Assembly: GCF_006345805.1 (NCBI RefSeq)
Contig: NC_043005.1
Location: 38,502,001-38,566,000, forward strand
Direction: 5' to 3'
Source: Octopus sinensis
Lineage: Eukaryota
Length of the DNA: 64,000 bases
This document shows positions 53,640 through 64,000 of the stretch, one piece after another. The position numbers were made by a program, and so were the translations under genes. Each line of letters opens with the position of its first letter. Within the stretch, counting starts at the first letter, position 1. Below the pieces are notes generated by a model. That model made no database searches, was not told where the DNA came from, and worked only from the letters and a program-made list of their open reading frames with translations.

Positions 53640-54480
53640 CTCCATCTGCAATGTAATCTGATTTCTCTGGCATGAAGGTGAATCAGGGGCTCAAATTCAA
53701 TGCAGGCCTTCAGTACAGACAGCGCTCTGCCAATTGTACGAGTGGACTGAAAAATTTAAATTTGGCCGGGCAAGCGTGAAGCACAAAGAGGGTCAGGATG
53801 GTCATCAACTTCCACCACTGACATGAAGATGGGTTGGTGAAGCAAGGTACGTTATTCTAGTGAATAATGTAGCATGTTCTCTCCAAATTAACAATGGTTT
53901 TGCATACGAAATCATACACGACAAGCTTAGGGTTTGATAAAGTATGTGCGAGACAGGTGCCTTGAGATCTAACCGAAGCACATAAACGTAATCCAATAGT
54001 GATCTGTTATCTCTTACTTGACCACTAAAACGATGAAAGCAAAACATTTTGGAACGAATAGACACAGGAAATGTGATCTTGGTTTGTCACTGTGGGCTTG
54101 AGTCCACAAGGTAGAGTATAGAGCAAATAGACACGGAATCGCCAGTTAAAAAGAAATTCAAGAATCAACCTTCCATAGAAGTGATACTGACCACTCACTG
54201 TTTTGGGGGGACCTGGAAAAGAAGTCTAAAGTCAGCAGTATAGGCTACACTGAAACACCGGCCAAAAAACAAATATAAGCAATTCACACCGGACGCCATT
54301 GCTTTTGGTCAAAGCAAGTGTTATTTTTGCAAGAAAATTCAACCCCACATACGGTCGTCCACACCATTGAAATCATTGAAAAACTGGGCTTCGTGCTGCA
54401 TGAACGCCCTGCATACAGTCTAGATCACGGCCCTTCCGACTACAACCTTTTGGATCGCTCAAGCATCCCTTACGAGGCCG
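53640..54480 (+). mobile_element. Mariner transposase remnant (copy 1)
   Basis: YEWTEKFKFGRASVKH (HTH linker region) and LFLQENSTPHT..IEKLGFVLHERPAYSLDHGPSDY (degenerate HDNARPH..YSPDLAPSDY). Confidence 0.8.
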
Positions 54481-54548
54481 TCAATTTACACACACATATG
54501 TGCGTATATATATACATGTATATATATATATATTATATAATATATATA

Positions 54549-54599
<51 letters not shown>

Positions 54600-55305
54600 A
54601 TGTATATATGTATATATAAGTGCATATATGTATATTTGTATATATAAGTGTACATCTGTACAGACATACACATATAAATATATATTCACGCATGCATGTA
54701 TATTTACATATATACTTATGTAAAGTATGTCTATTTATGACGTAACGGTAATGGATCTTCGTCGGTTTCAGCGATGAGAATTTAGTTGTACGATCAACTG
54801 AATCTTCTGCTCCTGAATTAGTGTGTAAGTAGCTGAGTATTCCAAACACGCATGTACTTGTTATAGTCATTCTTAGGCGGAATCAGTGCGGCACAGAATG
54901 TGAGAAAGCTAGAACATTCAATTAGAAGCTCACTGTTTCTGTTTACCCAATTTCGTTAATAGGAATCAATGTAGTGCTAAAAAAATATTAACCCCAGATG
55001 CTACACGGCTGGACCGAACACATGAATGCGAAATGAACTTCTTAACTAATGAGCTATAGTCTGGGTGTGAGTGCGTTTGCGTACCTGCGTGTGACTATAT
55101 ATGAATACATACATGCATATACATATATACACACACGCGCACACGCACGCACACACACACACCACACACACACACACACACAAGTAAGTAAAAAGTTATT
55201 CCTTTATGCTCGCCACATTGCTTTCAGCGCTCGTGTTCTAAATGGTGGTACTATCGTGGTTACGTAATCGATGTCTAACCTTGATCACACCAGTTTCCAA
55301 GACCG

Positions 55306-56145
55306 CTCCATCTGCAATGTAATCTGATTTCTCTGGCATGAAGGTGAATCAGGGGCTCAAATTCAATGCAGGCCTTCAGTACAGACAGCGCTCTGCCAAT
55401 TGTACGAGTGGACTGAAAAATTTAAATTTGGCCGGGCAAGCGTGAAGCACAAAGAGGGTCAGGATGGTCATCAACTTCCACCACTGACATGAAGATGGGT
55501 TGGTGAAGCAAGGTACGTTATTCTAGTGAATAATGTAGCATGTTCTCTCCAAATTAACAATGGTTTTGCATACGAAATCATACACGACAAGCTTAGGGTT
55601 TGATAAAGTATGTGCGAGACAGGTGCCTTGAGATCTAACCGAAGCACATAAACGTAATCCAATAGTGATCTGTTATCTCTTACTTGACCACTAAAACGAT
55701 GAAAGCAAAACATTTTGGAACGAATAGACACAGGAAATGTGATCTTGGTTTGTCACTGTGGGCTTGAGTCCACAAGGTAGAGTATAGAGCAAATAGACAC
55801 GGAATCGCCAGTTAAAAAGAAATTCAAGAATCAACCTTCCATAGAAGTGATACTGACCACTCACTGTTTTGGGGGGACCTGGAAAAGAAGTCTAAAGTCA
55901 GCAGTATAGGCTACACTGAAACACGGCCAAAAAACAAATATAAGCAATTCACACCGGACGCCATTGCTTTTGGTCAAAGCAAGTGTTATTTTTGCAAGAA
56001 AATTCAACCCCACATACGGTCGTCCACACCATTGAAATCATTGAAAAACTGGGCTTCGTGCTGCATGAACGCCCTGCATACAGTCTAGATCACGGCCCTT
56101 CCGACTACAACCTTTTGGATCGCTCAAGCATCCCTTACGAGGCCG
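55306..56145 (+). mobile_element. Mariner transposase remnant (copy 2, duplicated)
   Basis: Essentially identical to 53640-54480. Confidence 0.8.
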
Positions 56146-56213
56146 TCAATTTACACACACATATGTGCGTATATATATACATGTATATATATATATATTA
56201 TATAATATATATA

Positions 56214-56250
<37 letters not shown>

Positions 56251-56256
<6 letters not shown>

Positions 56257-56520
56257 ATACCTGGCGTTGCTCGGGATTAAAATGATATAGTTTGTATACA
56301 TATATTACAGGTATGTTGAAGTATTATTGGCGGTCAAATGAATGGACGTGTAACGGTGATATTGTATGTAAATAGGTACATTCCAGAAATGGGCTGCAAT
56401 GGGAGACGGCAACAGGGAAGTGAACTGTTGAAATGTTGCAGAAGGCGATGGGTTGACATTGGATTGCTGGTGTGGCTGTAGAATAAGAAACATAAAGTGA
56501 GCCTGTGCAATCATATGAGT
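56251..56520 (-). mobile_element. Possible decayed Helitron 3' end
   Basis: CCTGGCGTTGCTCGGG resembles the hairpin CCCGGCGTTGCCCGGG at 58049-58064 and lies at a similar distance from a (TA)n tract. The terminus reads CTGA rather than CTAG. Confidence 0.4.
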
Positions 56521-56934
56521 ATATGTAGTAATAAATTACTTGAAAAATAGGACATAATGGCTTACCATGAGGTATATATGTAGTACGTCTGTATTTTTGT
56601 ATACAGTGTAAATTAAAGTATAAGCAAATGAACGAAGTAGAAGCACATGTATGGAACCGCTAATCTAACGGGAAATGCCACAATAATTATTACAAAGAAA
56701 CAAAGAATTATATCTATATAGGATAAATTTCTTAATGTAATGGTAAATATGTAATTGTAAATAACTTGCAACCTTGCAACTGCTGCGATAATTATTAACT
56801 GGAAATTGAACAGTAAATGTGTTGGACCTTGCAACCACATTGTTTTTTTCTCAAGAGTTTCGCTTCTAGCACTTCATATACGTACATTCAGGCATGTCAG
56901 TCGTCACATATGTATATGAATGTGTAGATGATGT

Positions 56935-57520
56935 GCGTGTGTGTTTAATAACGTACGTCACGCAGAAATACACACACTTCCAGACAGGTACACACTCATA
57001 TACACTCACAGATACATATAAACTCATATACAATATGTGACATCGTCGTTGTAGTATAAAATGTTCCTAACATATACTCACATACATATACTAAGATAGC
57101 CACTCAGAGACATACATTCACGTATGTCAGTAGTTACATGTGTATATGCATGTGTAGTTGTGTGTAGGCTAAATAACGTACCTAACGCGGAGAGACGCGC
57201 ACTAGGAGACATATACACACTCATGCTCTTATGCACATACACTCACAGACAGATACACAGTCAAATACAAAATGTGATGTTGTCATTGTGGTATAAAATG
57301 TACTGTTGACAATAGAAACATTATCTCTATGAAATGTTATATGGTTTTAAAGGAAATGAAATTAATCGAAATGTAAATAAAATTTTGTATTGACATTGGT
57401 CAGTCCTCACATACATATATTTAATAACGTACATAACGCAGAAAGACACACACACTGTGAGACATACACACGTTCATACACTCACGCACATACTTTCACA
57501 GACAGATACACGTCGTGGTT
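56935..57520 (+). repeat. Three diverged tandem units of ~230-250 bp
   Basis: TAATAACGTAC..ACGC(A/G)GA(A/G)A..CACTCACAGA..ATAC recurs at ~56945, 57172 and 57422. Confidence 0.7.
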
Positions 57521-57749
57521 AGAATTAAAAGTAAAAGGATAAAAGTGAAACAATATGTCACATTTCAATATAGATCATCTTCTCTCACTTTTATTCTTTG
57601 ACACGTAACACCAAACCAGTGCCAATGTTGCACTGGTTTAATCCAAATGACAAAAAATGACATGTTGACACTCATGGAGCCTAAAAGTGTTACCATGTAA
57701 AATTTGACAGACGGAGGGACAAAGGATTTATATATATATATATATATAT

Positions 57750-57912
57750 GCGTATAAGAAGGGATGACCACCAAGTGGATTTCCAATGTGCTAGAAGTAG
57801 ATCACCTGCAATCTAACCACAAAGAAAAGAATGTTCTCTATGTGGTTAGATCGTAGGTGATCTCCTTCTAAAATATTGGATGTCCATTTAGTGGTCATCC
57901 CTTCATATACGC
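57750..57912. mobile_element. Fold-back MITE: ~72-bp arms with a 19-nt loop
   Basis: GCGTATAAGAAGGGATGACCAC..TAGAAGTAGATCACCTGCAATCTAACCACA pairs with 57841-57912. The inner 30 bp have 3 mismatches. Confidence 0.85.
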
Positions 57913-58158
57913 AAGTAATACAATTTATCTGAATTTTCAGATTTTTCTATATGCTAGGCTACGGGTTTTAAATTGGTGTTAATTAAATTAATATTCAATT
58001 TATCACCCTCATTGTATATATATATATATATATATACTAGCAGCATAGCCCGGCGTTGCCCGGGTATGTAAGAGCCCCTAGTAGGCAACGACTAATCCCA
58101 ATGTAGTCCTTTCCCTCCAGGGAACGAAGGTGCATGTGGACGTTGCAATGTCTTGTCT

Positions 58159-61100
58159 TCACTGGAATACTTCTGTATATACGATGTTCCTAGCTGTCCG
58201 TTTGGGCGAAAACATGAAAACATCATTGCGCCTCCCAACGCGTGAACAGCCCACGTAGAGTTGACCGTGGGCGAAGCACTGTTCGCCCAAATGTAACCCA
58301 GCGACTTGTAGCGTTTGGCCTTGGGATTTATTGATGGACATTGCGAAGCAGAGTTTAACAGGAAACTGAGAACGCCTGAAGTGGATTGGTAGGTCAGCGC
58401 CCGACGGTTGAAGGTGCATCCGTGGAATGAAGACGTCCTCTGCCTTCCCACAACCGGTAAGTATTGTGGCCGTTATTAAATGTGGTGCCAAATGTTTCAC
58501 AACCAAACGTGTGCCGTTGCACTGTTTAGGTGGAACCAAATTCCTGATGAGCATAATGGGCGCACCGACTTTTAACTTCAGGATGTGTGTGGTGGCAGGC
58601 TGGCGGTTCAAGTGAATTCAGGAATTCAACAGGATAATCGGCAAGCTGGGCGGGGTCTGCTGTCCTATCTATAGATTTGTAGACGTGGACATCACCAGGA
58701 ATAGCTTCAAGTAGCTGGATATTGATGGAGTTGACGGTTGTATTTTTGGGTGCGAGAATAGCTCTGCCTGCAAGCCATATTAGGTCGCGTAAAATGTTTT
58801 GTAGGTCGTGGAAGACAGCGTCCCGGAGGCTAGCAGGGGTGTCGACAATGGTGCAAAGTGAGTCCAATTGAACGTAGCCATCCGCATCAGACAGCATCCT
58901 ATTTTCACCGAGCGATAAGAAGTCCCTGGAGAATGCAGCGGATCCGCTGTCACCAATTAACTGCGCGCGCATGTTAGTTTGGAGGTGCAAGGGCCGCACA
59001 TGTGCCCAAAGAGCTGACGACTTAAGGCACGCGCGCACGGCATCGGCACGGGTTCCTTTTGGAATAACAGGTAGAGTCTGCCTGAAGTCTCCTGAAAGAA
59101 GTAAAGTTAATCCTCCCATGGGGGCCGTAGAGTCTCTGATGTCTTGCAGGGACCTGTCCAGTGCCTCAAGGGCGCCTTTGTGTGCCATAGTGCACTCGTC
59201 CCATACGATGAGTTTGCATCTGCGCAGAATGTCGGCCTGTTCTGAGTTCTTGGCGATGTTGCAGATAGGTGACTCGGACTTTGCCAGATCGAGCGGGAGT
59301 CTGAAGGCAGAGTGGGCGGTTCTGCCACCCGGAAGCAACGTGGCCGCGATACCAGAGGAAGCTACAGCCAGGGCAATGTCCGTGTTGCGTCTGACCTCTG
59401 CCAGAATTAGTTTAGTGACGAAGGTTTTGCCAGTGCCGCCGGGTGCATCAAGGAAGAAAATCCCCCCACGTTGCTGTCTGACAGAGTCTACGATGGTGTT
59501 GTAGGCTATGCGCTGGTCTGGAAGCAGCCGTGGTTCATTATCTTGGACGTACTGGTGCAGTTCCTCAATGCAGTAGGAAGTTTCGCGTAACAATTCAGCA
59601 GACATAACATTGGCGTGTTCACGTGTGGGTGGTGGAAGGCCGTACTCTGTTAAAGCAGACCCACCCATATCGATGACAGCGTCTTCGAGTTGAATGAGCG
59701 CAAAATTGTAAATGAAGTTGGTGAACGTGATCTCGGCGGAAGGGCAGTGTTGCTGAGCCGTACTTAAGAAGTCGTGCGACATGTCATCCCTGTATTTCAT
59801 CCAGAGACTTAGTGGATCACTAAGCTGACATTTTTGAAGAAGGATTGCGAAAAGATGTCGTAGGGCCGAATGCGTTTGCAGTAAAGCACCCTCTGCCATC
59901 GTGGCGTCCCACTGGGAGTCATCCTCTAGAAGGCCAAGTCTCATACATGCTTCTCTGAAGGTGTCGCACAGAACCCCATTGACGGTACGTATATTGGCGA
60001 AACCTGTTGGACCAGTGACCTCATGTGGAAGGAGACGGAGGTAGAAGCATTCTTGCTGGTTTGGCGGGATGTTGTAAACTCGACCCAGGCAGGAGTCAAA
60101 CTTGACGCCTGGGAAGCTTTCGACGTTTTTGCCGGATTTCCGTCGAACCCAGGTGTTTTTAGACCACACGAAGTACGATGGGGCCTGTGGGTACAAAAGC
60201 GTTCGAGCGAAGTCATCACGTTGGCATAATTTGAATAAACCAGTCAACGTTGTGTCTTTAGGGCTGGTGGCTATCTGCACAGCACTTTGCTCTGTGAAGT
60301 AAATCCGCTGTCCATTTTCCAAGTGTACAGCAAGCTGTACCACAGCCGGGTGTCTCTGATGGAGCGGGAAGCCGTAAATGCGCCAAAACGCTTCGTTGCT
60401 GCTGAGGTACCGGCCAGCCAAGTAGTTGGACACTTCGTCGCGACTGGTGGTCCTCTGGATGCTGAACATGGCAGCATCGCTGCCTTTGTTGATATATTTG
60501 CAGACATATTGTATTGACCTGATGGAGCTGCAGAACTCAACGTTGACGTGGGCTTTGAATATCTTCGACAGGAGAGGACAGTAGGGGACAATGTAGCTGT
60601 TGTCCACTTGATGTCGCCCAACCGTAATCGTGCGGCCTCCATTGGCTGGACTCCTTCGTTTGTACAGCGGATACCCATCGCCGCCTGTTTGAGTCTCCAA
60701 AGTGAACCGTTTAGGGAATCCCTTTGAGCAGGCTAATCCGTTTTTGTAACATGGTGTGTTGGCGTAATTTGGTCCACAGGGCCCGGTGTACCATGGTAGT
60801 GCGGACAATTTCGTAGAGTCCGGGGTCCTCATCGGGGTCAGGAATCTCGGCGGAAATGAATTTGTCAATGTCATTAGTCTCGATTTTATGAGTGAGCCAA
60901 ATTAAGATGTGAGCATGTGGCAAGCCCCTCTTTTGCCACTCGACCGAAAACATGTGGCACCTGACATGCCCGAAAATCTGACCCTTAACTATCAAATCCT
61001 TCATTTTGCCCAAATTCAGACGGAAAACCCTAGCAACGATGTCGTGTCGATGGGTGTGAGATTGACCCGGGAGGAGTTCGCGAGTGATTTCGTCGCAGCT

Positions 61101-63030
61101 GGGATTTCACGTGTAGGTGATAAAGAGGTCCGGCCGGCCGTAAATGCGCACGTAGGTCAAGGCGTCTTGGGTCCTTTCACGCATATATCGCGGTCCCCCC
61201 GTGAAGGTGGAGGGTAGAATGCATGGCTTGCCGATGTTGCGAGGGTCATTTTCTTGTTGCAAACCGTCACGGAGATGAATGTAGGAGTCGGAGCGAAGTT
61301 TGGTCTGATTAAGTTTAATGTATAGCAGCCTTTCCGATTCCATTTTTGCGGCCATGTCGACGGCGAACTGGTTGAATAGCTGACGACAACGGGGCAATAA
61401 GTTGAACTCACCCTCCCGGACCATGAACCGGTATGAGTAGAACGCCCTGCAGGAAACCGTCTTTGATGCCGCAGTAGTTTGATTGGAGGGCTGCCGTAAA
61501 GAATTCCGAAGTGGTAGCCGTCTTCCCCATAAGGGAAAAGCAATGGATACTGAAGCGCGTCATAAGATCTGTGAGTCTCGCTGATCCTGTGTAGGTTGTT
61601 ACACGGGAGGAGATGATTATGTCACGGCTGTTGTGTTGCTCTCCGTGTATGACTGCGGCAATTTCGTTGCACGCAGGTGCGTTGAAACGGCGTTCGTGCT
61701 CCCCGTGGGGTCGTTTATCAGCATCAATGACAACGGTGAAGTTTGGAGATGGAGCACTGTCCAAGGCATATCTGAAGCTGCAGACGTAGCTGTTGATATC
61801 ATGAAGCATGGTTTGGAGACGGAGAAGAATGTCTTTGCGGGGAACATAGCTTGTACCCGGTATTATTCCAAGGCGTGCATCAACCTGGTGGTTGTAGTCG
61901 GCAATGAAGTATATTTGGAGGAAAGAAGACTGCTGAATCTCGTCTGGTAGAAGTGACCCAATAAGATGGTAGACCTGTCCCTGCACTTTGAAAGTAGGCA
62001 TCCAGCCTTCTCTGGGAGGAATTTTGGCCCCGAAAGAGGTCATTTGGAATGAGCAGTTGTACTTTCGAATTATTTCAAGGAATTGTGACGAATCGGCGGT
62101 TAAACCCGCCGCGAGATCCTTCAGTAGTTGAGGTGGTTCCCGTAGGGGTGGCAGGTCCACTTTGCCACCAGAGCAGCACAAACCAGGTGGCTCTCCGGTC
62201 CATTTCTTGGCTTTGCAAAACTGGCATACAATTGTCATTGACCCTATCTTGATTTCGTCACGCAAGGAGAAGTTAATTGTGGCGTCGTAGTTGAATGCTA
62301 GTGACAACCAGAAAGCGGGGGCAGGGGTACGTACACCACGAATGATATCACGACGTTTGTTGATACTCTCAAGTCGAGTGCACCGTGCCTCAGCAGATTC
62401 AGATGCACGTGCGACAGCGGTAGCAGTGGCATCCCTTGAAAGCCTTTCAGCTCTCGCCTCAGCACCCTCTGAAGCCCTAGCAGAAGCAGTGTTAATGGCA
62501 TGTCTGGATGTCCGAATAGTCCGTTGGTGTGGAGTTTCGGCAGATCGAGCCCTGGCTGTGTTTGCGGCGTTAGCAGCTTGGCGAGCTCTCCTCTGTTGAT
62601 GTGTTTCGGAAGCTTTGGCCATGGCTTTGTTTGCGGCGTCAGCATCTTGGCGAGTTCTCCTCTGCTGTGAGGTTTCGACAGATCGTGTCCTGGCGGTGCT
62701 AGTGGCGTTAGCCGCATTCCGAATGGCCCTTTGTTCGGGGTTCTCGCGAGCTCTGCGGATGGAAGCACAGTAAGAAGCCCGCATGTTTTGGCTGGACTGT
62801 TGCTCTTTCGTCAACCTCGAGCGGAGGGAAGATCTGTACGCTGCGACCCTTGCAAGTCGGGTAGAACGGTCGCTAGTAGTTTCAGATGCCTGAGCAGCGG
62901 CATAACGGGAAGCTGTTTGCGAGAGGCGCAAGGCGGTTTCCTCGTGGGTCTCGCGTGCCCTTCTAGCCCTAGCAGCCGATGCCTTGGCCGTCCGAGGGCT
63001 GAGGAGGGTCCTTCTCTTCTTGGGTGGCAT
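58159..63030 (-). pseudogene. Helitron RepHel: HUH Rep endonuclease + Pif1-family SF1 helicase, interrupted
   Basis: Zn finger CQFC..WTGEPPGLCCSGGKV; Rep motifs GRPDLFITYT, VEWQKRGLPHAHILIW (HUH) and YVCKYINKG; helicase motifs FLDAPGGTGKT, IVWDECTM, LSGDFRQTLPV, LQTNMR, QFPVKLCFAMSINKSQGQT and HGQLYVGCSRV. Start ATG at 63030 in CCAAAATG context. Indels at ~61610, ~61480, ~60780 and ~58590; TGA at 61107-61109. Confidence 0.95.
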
Positions 63031-63210
63031 TTTGGTGGATAGCAATGTGTTTGGCAAAGGTGTAATAAAAAGAACACGTGGGGTAAGTATTTTGGTGGAT
63101 AGCAATGTGTTTGGCAAGGTGTAATAAAAAGGAACACGTGGGGTAAGTATTTTGGTGGATAGCAATGTGTTTGGTAAAGGTGTAATAAAAGGAGCTCGTG
63201 GGGTAAGTAT
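63031..63210. repeat. 3 x 60-bp tandem repeat directly upstream of the RepHel ATG
   Basis: TTTGGTGGATAGCAATGTGTTTGG..GTGGGGTAAGTAT at 63031, 63091 and 63151. Confidence 0.95.
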
Positions 63211-64000
63211 CCGAAAATGTATAAAAAGTACAAAAACGGCCAAAAAGCTGGCAGCAATGTGAGTGACAACAACGAAAAAGTCAAAAGTGATCAAACTGAA
63301 CAAACGAAAGGAAATTTTTTTTTGATGCACACGACAAAAGTGGTTTATAATAAACCAAGAGTTTGCAAGTAGCGTCCGAGGACCGTTAGGGTACGTCAAA
63401 AATTGAAGGTAAAACGTTTGGGTGGTAGTTATAAAGAAAGTTTAAACAAAAAAGTATTCGAATAACTTGCGGCTGCAGCAGCTATTAGCAGAAGTGGCGG
63501 TGTTGGGGGTAAAGTCTCGAATGTAATTTCTTCCTGGTAGGAATTGGTTGGATCGAATTATCGATAGCTAAAAAGGTCAAGTTGCGTCCCCTAGACAGTC
63601 TGGTTTGTGTTTAATACACAAATTGTTTGCTATGTGTGCCACATATGATTAAATTAACCGATTTTTTCCAATAATGTATCCTATTGGAATAAAAAGGGCT
63701 ATATAGCTCCTTGGAGCAGACATGATGCTCGTTGTGAAAAAAAAAAAGATTCCTGCCAATTTGTGAAAGATATTGTCGAAAATATGTCATCTTGAATTTG
63801 AACGCGATTTCCCAAAATGGCATGATTTTATCGATTGTTTCTGATGGAGGTATTGCATGGAAAACTAACGTCAGAATTGAGTTTTTAGGGTAACATTAAG
63901 GTTCACCATGAGTTTGGTGAAAATCGATTGCAAGTTGAGAAAACTACCATAGATAATGCGTTGCATAAAAAAAGCTTAGATTCTCGAGTTGCGTCCCCTA

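Larger units (their letters stand above)
52870..56250 (+). repeat. Near-identical tandem duplication, unit ~1666 bp, breakpoints in (TA)n
   Basis: Offsets are 1667 (52951/54618), 1666 (53805/55471) and 1665 (54476/56141). The differences I saw are microsatellite lengths and a 1-bp indel. Confidence 0.95.
58037..64000 (-). mobile_element. Helitron (rolling-circle transposon) with RepHel coding region; 5' end outside the window
   Basis: 3' end CTAG|T at 58037 in a (TA)n tract, subterminal hairpin CCCGG-N6-CCGGG (58049-58064), and RepHel coding region 58159-63030. Confidence 0.96.

Noticed and set aside
63031-63210. CRISPR-like or regularly spaced arrays (60-bp repeat, SINE multimers)
   Set aside because: There are no unique spacers and no cas genes, and the context is eukaryotic.
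58971-63284. Antisense and alternative-frame ORFs inside the Helitron (e.g. 58971-59504, 61633-61950, 62291-62599)
   Set aside because: These are shadow ORFs expected in GC-rich coding DNA, with no recognisable domains or captured host-gene fragment.
63031-63399. N-terminal extension of the 663-aa ORF starting at 63399
   Set aside because: It relies on a non-ATG start and runs through AT-rich leader and tandem repeats. The ATG at 63030 has good context and is followed by a typical basic N-terminus.

Overview
Eukaryotic, AT-rich, microsatellite-dense and transposon-saturated window with no complete host gene. The SINE families and repeat landscape resemble a coleoid cephalopod (Octopus) genome; this is recalled from memory and not verified by search. 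Main contents: (1) a large minus-strand Helitron from a CTAG 3' end at 58037 to beyond the window end, with a RepHel ORF broken by four small indel sites and one stop; (2) a near full-length decayed CR1-group LINE (8532-~12500, minus) with a CCCH zinc finger in ORF1; (3) remnants of R4/Dong-type RLE LINEs, Penelope-like (GIY-YIG) elements, several mariner subfamilies, a pogo/Tc2-type MITE and a hAT; (4) many tRNA-head SINEs, often as head-to-tail multimers; (5) two abutting phased satellites (41895-43185), a near-identical 1.67 kb tandem duplication (~52870-56250) and several long inverted repeats. Nearly all short ORFs in the supplied track are translated microsatellite. The most interesting observations are a covarying 3' stem-loop shared by the LINE and a SINE tail, a 3x60 bp in-frame repeat with antisense U1-type donor sites directly upstream of the RepHel ATG, and the paired A-tract/CCGG satellites. 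I found no clear novel multi-gene system.
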